A DNA stretch of 51,974 nt, taken from assembly GCA_963922625.1 (NCBI GenBank), contig CAWUIS010000001.1:1-51974 (forward strand). Reading direction: 5' to 3'. The translations under genes and the position numbers were made by a program. Origin of the DNA: an uncultured Candidatus Melainabacteria bacterium (GTDB lineage: Bacteria; Cyanobacteriota; Vampirovibrionia; LMEP-6097). Below, one piece after another: positions 45,094 to 51,974 of this stretch. The number at the start of each line of letters is the position of its first letter. Position 1 is the first letter of the stretch. The notes under the pieces were generated by a model. That model had not been told where the DNA came from and did not search any database. It was given only the letters and a program-made list of their open reading frames with translations.

Positions 45094-45095
45094 AT

Positions 45096-45653
45096 TTATT
45101 CTTCAGCTATAACTCCTTTTTCTACAAGGAAATTAACAAGTTTTTTTAGAGAATCTTCAAGGCTTTCTTTGTCAGTTTCGATTATCAAATCTGCATCTAA
45201 GGGCTCTTCATAGGGGTCTGAAATTCCAGTAAAGTTCTTTATCTCTCCTGATAATGCCTTTTTGTAGAGACCTTTAGGGTCTCTTGCTTTAACTGATTCT
45301 ATGTCTGCTTTGATATATACCAAAAGAAAATCTTGGCTTAATGATCGTGCCTGCTCTCTTGCCGATTGGTAGGGAGCAATTACAGGTACTATGGTCAGAA
45401 CTTTATGCTTTGAAATTTTTCCAGCAAGAAAAGCTATTCTCTCAATATTAGTTAGTCTATCTTCTTTACTGAAACCAAGATCTTTACAAAGATGCTCCCT
45501 AACAACATCTCCATCTAGAATTTCTAAGGGGAAATTAGGATCTGATTCTTTCAATTCCAGTACTAATCTATCGGTTAAGGTTGACTTGCCTGAGCCAGAC
45601 AAACCACTTAGCCATAAAGTAAGACCTTTTTTCAGTTTGTATTTATTGCTCAT
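45096..45653 (-). CDS. cysC: adenylyl-sulfate (APS) kinase
   Basis: LWLSGLSGSGKSTL P-loop, LDGD..R, FLAGK pattern; 185 aa. Confidence 0.9.
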   Translation of the reverse strand: MSNKYKLKKGLTLWLSGLSGSGKSTLTDRLVLELKESDPNFPLEILDGDVVREHLCKDLGFSKEDRLTNIERIAFLAGKISKHKVLTIVPVIAPYQSAREQARSLSQDFLLVYIKADIESVKARDPKGLYKKALSGEIKNFTGISDPYEEPLDADLIIETDKESLEDSLKKLVNFLVEKGVIAEE

Positions 45654-45655
45654 TT

Positions 45656-46678
45656 TTAACCACCTTCAGCTTCATTATTTTCATTGATTATTAGTTCTAG
45701 TTTTTTGGTAATAACTCCTGAAACATTTAAATCCAACCCATTACCAGTCTTCATATCTAAGCTTACTGGGATGATGGCAAGATCCAAGTTACTTAATAAA
45801 TCCCTTCTTGATTTTTTTAATCGTTTTTTACTAGTAAAGCTAACAGGAATATTGATGGTATGAGTATTGCCATTAGAAGAAACAGAAAGGCTATCAGTAT
45901 CTCCTTCTGCTTTGACTTTTAACTTTAGTTTTTCCTCACTACTTGTTGGTCCTTCTTTTTTAAAGCGTACACCTTGATTCTTCCCTTTAGAGTTAGTGCT
46001 TTTGAATCTCAACCTTTTGATGACATTACTAACATTACTGTCGTAGTCAAACTTTCCAATAATATTGAGTGTATTAGTTGATAGTTTTGATTTTTTTTTC
46101 TGTGGGTTTTCAGTAGTAAAAGTTATGCTGTCTGCATCAATATCAAAATTAGTGAAATCAAATACAAGTGACTCTATATCTGTTTTTGTGACATATTTTG
46201 TTGTTAAAGTTTTGACATCAAAATCTGTTTTGGTACGTAGATAGGTGTAAAAATCTACTCTGAATCTTAGTCTTTGAGCTTTTTTGATAATTTGTTCGTT
46301 AGAAATATATGTACTGCGATAAATATTACCACCAAGATTTTCACTATCAGCTTCTGGAGTGAATTGATACTCGTGTCTCACAGATCGTTTTTTATTGCCT
46401 TTACGATTTAAATCTTTCCTGATGATTTCTAGATTTGATAGCAAAATTGATTCACCTGGATCAAAATTTTCATCAGCCACAGTAGGCTCTAAAAATTTTC
46501 CATTATGCTCAATAGTCAGTCTGAACTGTTTTGTTTTAGTTGATACTAAACCTGGTTCATTAGAGATTTCTGTGATCTCAAATTTTGTCAGGACAGGAAT
46601 CTTTGTTAGAATTTCTCCGTTTTCTTCTGCAATTGCAGGATTAAAAATGAAAAAAGCAATTAATAGAACAATATGCAT
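45656..46678 (-). CDS. secreted hypothetical protein (340 aa), beta-rich, K/T/S-rich
   Basis: Signal peptide MHIVLLIAFFIFNPAIA/EE; TATAAT 6 nt upstream of the ATG; stop 3 nt before the cysC start; low GC (18/60 in line 45661-45720). Confidence 0.6.
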   Translation of the reverse strand: MHIVLLIAFFIFNPAIAEENGEILTKIPVLTKFEITEISNEPGLVSTKTKQFRLTIEHNGKFLEPTVADENFDPGESILLSNLEIIRKDLNRKGNKKRSVRHEYQFTPEADSENLGGNIYRSTYISNEQIIKKAQRLRFRVDFYTYLRTKTDFDVKTLTTKYVTKTDIESLVFDFTNFDIDADSITFTTENPQKKKSKLSTNTLNIIGKFDYDSNVSNVIKRLRFKSTNSKGKNQGVRFKKEGPTSSEEKLKLKVKAEGDTDSLSVSSNGNTHTINIPVSFTSKKRLKKSRRDLLSNLDLAIIPVSLDMKTGNGLDLNVSGVITKKLELIINENNEAEGG

Positions 46679-46733
46679 GTAAAAATTATACTGTCATTGC
46701 TAATTAAGAGCATGCTTCAAGTTGATGATAGCT

Positions 46734-47510
46734 ATGAAAAATAAAGTACGACTAGATAAACTTTTAGTAGATTTAGGCTTTTTTGATTCTCGCCAAAAAG
46801 CTCAGACCTGCATTATGTCAAATGGAGTCTTCATCGCCGGTAGTCTTGTTAATAAGGCTGGTACACAAATTACAGAGGAGGTTTTCTATCAAGCTTATGA
46901 ACAAGATTCTGATTACCTTCGTGTTGAGAACAAATTAATGCCTTATGTAAGCCGGGGTGCCTTTAAGCTAAAGCACGCAGCCGAAAAGTTCAGTATTGAT
47001 TTTCAAGAAAAAGTGATTTTAGATATAGGTGCTTCAACAGGAGGTTTTACAGACTATGCCTTAAAAAATTCTGCTACTAAGGTTTTCGCTGTTGATACAG
47101 GAAAAGCTCAACTAGACTATAAGCTGAGACAAGACAAGCGTGTTGTTAATCTTGAGGAGCAAAATTTTCGTCATATCGACGCAAGTTTATTTACTGAGAA
47201 AATAGATATAGTAACTATTGATGTTTCTTTTATATCCCTTGCTCTTATTCTAGAAAAACTTTTTGCAATCAGGCCTGTTTTGCATGATACTGCTTTAATA
47301 GTTGCTTTGATTAAGCCACAATTTGAAGCTGGTAAAGAGATAATGGATAAATGTAGAGGGGTTATAAGAGACGAAAAAATAAGGCAGGAAGTTCTTAATC
47401 AGACTTTGGAAAAAATTAATAAAGTTGGATTTACTAGTCTGGATTTAATTGAATCACCAATAAAAGGAGCAAAAGGCAATATTGAATTTTTACAGCTGCT
47501 AAAATTATAG
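46734..47510 (+). CDS. tlyA: TlyA-family rRNA 2'-O-methyltransferase (S4 domain + FtsJ-like)
   Basis: S4-like RLDKLLVDLGFFDSRQKAQ..I..G.V, YVSRG..KL, SAM motif ILDIGASTGGFTDY; alternative starts at 46722/46725. Confidence 0.87.
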   Translation: MKNKVRLDKLLVDLGFFDSRQKAQTCIMSNGVFIAGSLVNKAGTQITEEVFYQAYEQDSDYLRVENKLMPYVSRGAFKLKHAAEKFSIDFQEKVILDIGASTGGFTDYALKNSATKVFAVDTGKAQLDYKLRQDKRVVNLEEQNFRHIDASLFTEKIDIVTIDVSFISLALILEKLFAIRPVLHDTALIVALIKPQFEAGKEIMDKCRGVIRDEKIRQEVLNQTLEKINKVGFTSLDLIESPIKGAKGNIEFLQLLKL

Positions 47511-47529
47511 GTCTTTTCGTATTAACATC

Positions 47530-48369
47530 GTGGAAAAAGTAGTCATATTTTATAACCCTGTCAAGCTAAAAGCTTTATCAAAAGCAGAATCGCTTGCTAT
47601 AGCCCTAGAGCAAAAAAACTTTGAAGTCGTTGTCAGTGCTACCAAACAGACAGCAGATGATTGGGGAGTCTTGACCAAAGATACTAAACTTGCCGTAGTG
47701 CTTGGTGGCGATGGCAGTTTTCTAATCAGTGCACGCCAAGCATATTTATACGATGTAGCCTTACTTGGGATTAATTATGGTCATCTTGGTTTTCTTTCAG
47801 AATTCGGAAATGTCTCTATGAGAGATTTTGCTGAAATTATTGCAACGGAAAATTATCAAATTGAAAGACGAAGTTTTATAAAAGCAGAGATTTCTAGCTT
47901 AGATACTTCGCTTTATGCTCTCAATGAAATTGTGGTAAACAGAAACAGAAAATCAAATTTATTACTCACTGATTTATATATAGACAAAAATTTATTACAT
48001 TCTTTTAGATCGGACGGTATTGTCATTTGTACACCAACGGGATCTACAGCCTATGCTCTAAGTGCTGGCGGGGCAGTGATGGATCCTAATATTCATGCTT
48101 TTCAAATAGTTCCGATAGCTGCACATTCTTTAAATAGCCGGCCTCATGTTGTTTCTGATTCTCAGGAAATAGTCCTGGAAAGCAACGAGAGCAATTTGAG
48201 TTTTTATATTCAAGCTGATGGATATCAGACTTTGGAATTACCTCCTGGAACTAAAATAAAGCTCTCTAGAGCTGAAAATACTTTGAAGCTTGCAAAAATA
48301 ATTAACGCTGATCGCAATTTTTACTCTATTTTGAGAGATAAAATGAAATGGGGTTCTGTAACTAACTAA
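47530..48369 (+). CDS. nadK: NAD kinase
   Basis: GGDGSFL, LGINYGHLGFL, ALNEIVV, PTGSTAYALSAGG motifs; GTG start. Confidence 0.9.
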   Translation: MEKVVIFYNPVKLKALSKAESLAIALEQKNFEVVVSATKQTADDWGVLTKDTKLAVVLGGDGSFLISARQAYLYDVALLGINYGHLGFLSEFGNVSMRDFAEIIATENYQIERRSFIKAEISSLDTSLYALNEIVVNRNRKSNLLLTDLYIDKNLLHSFRSDGIVICTPTGSTAYALSAGGAVMDPNIHAFQIVPIAAHSLNSRPHVVSDSQEIVLESNESNLSFYIQADGYQTLELPPGTKIKLSRAENTLKLAKIINADRNFYSILRDKMKWGSVTN

Positions 48370-49049
48370 TGGCAAAAAAAGACGAAGTTGAAATCCTAGT
48401 ATCTAAGCATATTGAAGACTTGAGGTGTATAGATGATGTACTCTTTGATCCACGCTCATGGTCACCTGATGATCTTAAAGAGGCTTGTAATAATGTTCGC
48501 TTTGATACAGATCAAGTCATAGATGAATTTGCTAATTTAACCATTCAATTTTTGATCAAAAACTTTTTCTTTTTACAGCATCAAACTGGACTTTATAATC
48601 CGCAAAAAAAGCTTTGGTCGTTATTAGCTCAGGTCAAAAAAATTAAACTTAAAAGCTATACAAAATTGAGACGTAAAGATAGAGACAAGGCAAAAATTTC
48701 TGACATTATCATCGAGGACAATAATGCTAGGTTTATTCATGCACGCTTGGTTTACCCTAATTCGGAGCTGCAGTTCCCTGCTTTTAATGATTTACTTTCT
48801 AATATTTCAAGTAAATGTGTCGGGCTTTTTTATATCAGTGATCAGGATGGTGATGAGAAGACTATTAAGAGGATCAAAGAAAAAACCAATGCCGAGGATT
48901 TCTATGATAAATACAAATCTCCAATCACTAAAAACTGTAGTTTGAATTTGATCAAATATAAAATTCAAGGTGATAAGCTTATATACAATCTGGTACATCC
49001 AGACTTGTCCAAAAATGTGGAGGCAGAGTTATGTTTGGTTCATTCATAA
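48369..49049 (+). CDS. hypothetical protein (226 aa) coupled to nadK
   Basis: ATG overlaps the nadK TAA (TAATG); no motif recognised. Confidence 0.55.
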   Translation: MAKKDEVEILVSKHIEDLRCIDDVLFDPRSWSPDDLKEACNNVRFDTDQVIDEFANLTIQFLIKNFFFLQHQTGLYNPQKKLWSLLAQVKKIKLKSYTKLRRKDRDKAKISDIIIEDNNARFIHARLVYPNSELQFPAFNDLLSNISSKCVGLFYISDQDGDEKTIKRIKEKTNAEDFYDKYKSPITKNCSLNLIKYKIQGDKLIYNLVHPDLSKNVEAELCLVHS

Positions 49050-49160
49050 AAGGTTTTTGTTTTGGTTTTTTAGCCTTGTTTGTAATGTTTAATTACAATG
49101 ACAGAGATAGATTACTCTCATTCTTTAAAGATCCACTGAAAAATTAGATATTTTGGTCAC

Positions 49161-49853
49161 TTAAAATTCTGCTGCTTGTAGCCCCATCATGGCATTGCAT
49201 AGAAATATTTTTTCAGCTGTTTCTAGCTCTTCAGCCATATAAGCCCCTGTATTGATTTTGTTGTTTTCTAGTAAAATTTCTCTTGCTATTCCTGGAAGTA
49301 AGTTACAGCTTTGTGTTGGAGTAAAAAGCTCTCCTTGTTTCTGCCAAATGATATTACTAAAACTCCCCTCACAAATCTCCCCTTTGTCATTCTTCCAGAT
49401 GACTTCATCAAAGTTTACTGGTATAGAAATATCTTCTCGAGGGAAAAACTTGTGCTGCCATTTTGTATCATTTTTTTCAACTATAAACTCTTCTAGAATT
49501 TTGATTTTTAATGGCTGATTGAGATTGCGCTGATAGTTTTCTATTTCTATTTTGAATTTACCATCCTTGTCATAAGTTAGCCTCAGTTTGTATAAGTCTC
49601 TATCTAGTTTTTTGATAGGATTGATATCCAAATACTCATAGCTTTCAAATATTTTTTTGAATTTATACTGCAGAAAGTTTTTAATCTGATTAAAGAAGAA
49701 AAGTTCAAAATTTTCTGGCTCAATGCTTGCTGGTATTTGAAACTTTAGCTCTATGACGCTGTTTTTAAGGCGTTTTAAGTGCCTAAAGATATTCAAGGCA
49801 GTAATATTGCCTGAGTTTTCGATGCGCATACTTTCTACTAAGCTTTTAATCAT
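49161..49853 (-). CDS. pabC: aminodeoxychorismate lyase-like (class IV aminotransferase fold)
   Basis: C-terminal half ..GSFSNIIW...GELFTP.....LPGIAREILLE........Y...EL..AE.IFLCNAM.G matches the class IV fold; overlaps pabB by 8 nt; shorter than typical. Confidence 0.6.
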   Translation of the reverse strand: MIKSLVESMRIENSGNITALNIFRHLKRLKNSVIELKFQIPASIEPENFELFFFNQIKNFLQYKFKKIFESYEYLDINPIKKLDRDLYKLRLTYDKDGKFKIEIENYQRNLNQPLKIKILEEFIVEKNDTKWQHKFFPREDISIPVNFDEVIWKNDKGEICEGSFSNIIWQKQGELFTPTQSCNLLPGIAREILLENNKINTGAYMAEELETAEKIFLCNAMMGLQAAEF

Positions 49854-50961
49854 GAAATATCTCCATTAATTTCTCTGCTTTTAGTAGTGTTTCTTGATAT
49901 TCATCTTCAGCTATAGAGCTAGATGTTATACCTGCACCAGAATGAAAGCTCAACTCTTTTGTTTTTTTATTAAATACTATTGTTCTAATAAGGATATTAA
50001 AGCAGCCATAGCCAGAGAATTTATAAAAACCAAGGCTACCAGTGTAAGGGCCTCTCATCTCACTCTCTATCTCTTCAATAATCTCCATTGCTCTTTTTTT
50101 TGGAGTGCCTGTAATAGAACCTCCTGGAAAACAAGCTGTCATGATCTTAGTGAAATCAGGAAGCTTGGTATTTTCAATTTTTAAGAGTTTTTCTTTTGTG
50201 ATTAAGGCAGATATTTTTGATACAAAATGGTATAAATTTTCGTATTTTTCTAGTGACAGAAGCTCTTCAACATTGACACTGCCAATTTGAGCAATGCGGC
50301 TTAAATCATTACGAATCAAATCAACAATCATAATATGCTCAGCTTTTTCTTTTTCTGAGATAAGCATACTGTCAAGTTTTTCTAGACTGGCAGTACCTTT
50401 GATAGGTGAGCTAGTTATGATGAAATCATCATCCAGCAGTTTAATTTCAAGAAAGGACTCAGGAGAGCTTGAACAGATTATATAGCTGTCTGTTTCTATG
50501 AGTGCGTTATAGGGTGCAGGATTGACTTGCTTAAGTTTTGAGTATATTGCCACGAACTCACTTGTATCGGGTTCATGGTCACTTTTAATCTCAAATTTAT
50601 GTGCAAGATTTGCTTGATAAATATCACCTTCCTTGATGTATTCTTGGCATTTCTTTATTCCATCAATAAAATTTTCTTTCTTAGGTTTTTTAATTTGGTA
50701 GTTATTTTTCAGACCTAGCTTTTCAGCCTCTTTATCTGCTTCTATGATTTTTTTGTAGAGCTGAATCTCTAGCTCCCCTTCATAACTCAACAAGGAAACA
50801 AAGCCCGCTTCCTCAATCTTCATAAGCTCAGGATTTTGTTTTAGGTATTCGTTGAGTTCTTGAAAGCTGTCAAATTTTTCAATTAGGTCTCTTGCGGTAT
50901 ATGTGAACAGCTGGGGTTCCAGTAAATTGGTCTGCATTAACAATAGTTTTGGTGATGTCAA
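49846..50961 (-). CDS. pabB: aminodeoxychorismate synthase component I (short form)
   Basis: GDIYQANLAHKF, NPAPY, SSPE.FL, DLIRND, PGGSITGTPK.RAMEII.E.E...RG.YTGS.G chorismate-binding motifs; start uncertain (50961, 50937 or 50823). Confidence 0.82.
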   Translation of the reverse strand: MTSPKLLLMQTNLLEPQLFTYTARDLIEKFDSFQELNEYLKQNPELMKIEEAGFVSLLSYEGELEIQLYKKIIEADKEAEKLGLKNNYQIKKPKKENFIDGIKKCQEYIKEGDIYQANLAHKFEIKSDHEPDTSEFVAIYSKLKQVNPAPYNALIETDSYIICSSSPESFLEIKLLDDDFIITSSPIKGTASLEKLDSMLISEKEKAEHIMIVDLIRNDLSRIAQIGSVNVEELLSLEKYENLYHFVSKISALITKEKLLKIENTKLPDFTKIMTACFPGGSITGTPKKRAMEIIEEIESEMRGPYTGSLGFYKFSGYGCFNILIRTIVFNKKTKELSFHSGAGITSSSIAEDEYQETLLKAEKLMEIFHD

Positions 50962-51244
50962 TTTCTACAGCTTGGATCCTTGAAAACTTCTCAAATAAGG
51001 CATTGATGATTTCTTGGGCAAGATGCTCTATCAAAAGATACTCTTTTTTTTGAGCTACTGTCCTAGAGATCACAGAAACCTCAGCGTAGTTTACTGTATC
51101 ATCGATACTATCACTGCTACAGGCTTGGGATAAATCCATCTCCATGGCAAGCTGTATTAGCACAGATTGTCCAAGTATCCTCTCGCTATCATAGATTCCA
51201 AGTTTACAGAATGCTTGTAGGTCTTTTAAAAGTACTTTATCCAT
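50879..51244 (-). CDS. folB: dihydroneopterin aldolase
   Basis: 121 aa; L.....CKLGIYD.ER..GQ.V.I.L.......A..SD.I.DTVNYAEV pattern of FolB. Confidence 0.82.
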   Translation of the reverse strand: MDKVLLKDLQAFCKLGIYDSERILGQSVLIQLAMEMDLSQACSSDSIDDTVNYAEVSVISRTVAQKKEYLLIEHLAQEIINALFEKFSRIQAVEIDITKTIVNADQFTGTPAVHIYRKRPN

Positions 51245-51812
51245 TAGTTATTTCAGCTTTGAGCTTTTTTATCCTTGCAGAAAACTCTACTGCAAGAGCT
51301 TGAGTATCTTTGAGCTCATCACGACTAATGGTGTATTTTCTTTCTATATTGCTGTTTTCTTCTTCAAGAGCTTGGATTTTTTTCTTGAGATCCTCTTCTA
51401 TTTTGCTAGCAACTGATTTTTCTTCTGTTGTATCAACGCTAACTTCTTGTTCAGCTGATTTGAACTTTGCAAATTCAGTTTCGTAGAATTCAATCTTGTC
51501 TTTTAGCTCGCTTGTCTCTTTTTTTGTTGACTCAAAGCTTTCTTCTAGTTTTTTTAGCTCATTGTTCTTTTCATTGATATGTTTTTGTAGTTTACTTATG
51601 AGACTAGAATCAATCTTTTTGAGGCTTTGCATTTGGTTGATAGCCTTGCTGATTGATGACTGGGCTTGCTTAAGTGATTCACTAACGCTTTTACCAGAAA
51701 AAATACGACTAAACAGATTACGCTTAGTGTTTATTTCTTGCAATACCTCTTTTTGAGCGCTTTCTAAAAGATCATTAGTTTCTTTGATTAATGTATCTTG
51801 GTCATTCGGCAT
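51237..51812 (-). CDS. coiled-coil hypothetical protein (191 aa)
   Basis: K/E/S-rich heptad-like sequence; GGAG RBS upstream of the ATG; overlaps the folB start by 8 nt. Confidence 0.5.
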   Translation of the reverse strand: MPNDQDTLIKETNDLLESAQKEVLQEINTKRNLFSRIFSGKSVSESLKQAQSSISKAINQMQSLKKIDSSLISKLQKHINEKNNELKKLEESFESTKKETSELKDKIEFYETEFAKFKSAEQEVSVDTTEEKSVASKIEEDLKKKIQALEEENSNIERKYTISRDELKDTQALAVEFSARIKKLKAEITNG

Positions 51813-51974
51813 GTTGGATCTCCTTGTTTTCTAGTGATGATTCAACCTCACTAGAGTTTTTTGCAGTGTGTTCTTCAAGCGTTTGGATAATTTTTTCTGC
51901 TTCTTGGCTCAGATTTTCTTCTTGCTCAGGCTCTGTAGCTTCTTCTGCCTTAGTTTCAGAAGAATAGTCAATTA
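51802..51974 (-). CDS. partial CDS (3' end only), acidic low-complexity C-terminus
   Basis: Minus-strand frame open to the window edge (..ETKAEEATEPEQEENLSQEAEKIIQTLEEH..), ending at TGA 51804-51802 and overlapping the next ATG (ATGCCGAATGA). Confidence 0.3.
   Translation of the reverse strand, partial: IDYSSETKAEEATEPEQEENLSQEAEKIIQTLEEHTAKNSSEVESSLENKEIQHAE

Noticed and set aside
44886-45149. 87-aa ORF in the dnaN upstream spacer
   Set aside because: It is TTG-initiated, lies in very AT-rich DNA with F/I/K/S-rich composition, and overlaps the cysC 3' end. The region is better explained as regulatory or origin-like spacer.
1-51974. tRNA, rRNA, tmRNA, RNase P or transposase/integrase genes
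   Set aside because: I scanned the intergenic regions for T-loop (GGTTCGA-like) and acceptor-stem patterns and the proteins for DDE or tyrosine-recombinase motifs, and found none. A covariance-model search (tRNAscan-SE, Infernal) would be needed to be definitive.

Overview
AT-rich chromosomal segment (roughly 35-43% GC in hand-counted housekeeping lines, 23-30% in orphan genes) from a flagellated bacterium that carries the LPS-pathway gene kdsC. About 55 credible protein genes; I recognised no rRNA, tRNA, CRISPR array, transposase or integrase. Housekeeping backbone: rpmG, a class I/II aminotransferase, upp-like, radA, rimO, pyrG, gatC, recR, class-I-like RNR alpha chain, smc-scpA-scpB, kdsC, TrmH-family methyltransferase, ruvX, flagellar block flgB-flgC-fliE-fliF-fliH-fliI, leuD, CDF exporter, nuoN/ndhB, histidine kinase, rplK-rplA, nadC, prs, queG, dnaN, cysC, tlyA, nadK and pabB-pabC-folB. 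The standalone nuoN/ndhB and dnaN without dnaA resemble cyanobacteria-related non-photosynthetic lineages, but the window cannot establish that. Lower-GC accessory patches sit between these genes. Main hunt results: (1) two paralogous HNH-nuclease modules (27210-28072) joined by an in-frame A_AAA_AAG -1 slippery heptamer and a 111-codon stop-free, start-less -1 frame, so either a programmed frameshift or a very recent frameshift pseudogene; (2) three AAA_14/DUF4143 ATPase loci (two intact, one degraded), each with its own private repeat abutting the start codon. At one locus the roughly 78-bp leader (52 bp perfect) is duplicated on both sides of a 343-aa orphan gene, forming an excisable-looking 1150-bp cassette at the break in the conserved rplKA-rplJL cluster; (3) an identical 11-mer extended -10-like promoter (TTGCTAGAATA) 12-24 nt upstream of three start codons; (4) a membrane-tethered HTH-like/PstS-like fusion cotranscribed with dnaN; (5) an unknown gene translationally coupled to the complete smc-scpAB operon; (6) a flagellar operon with no fliG between fliF and fliH. 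All functional calls rest on motif recognition by eye. No database search was possible.
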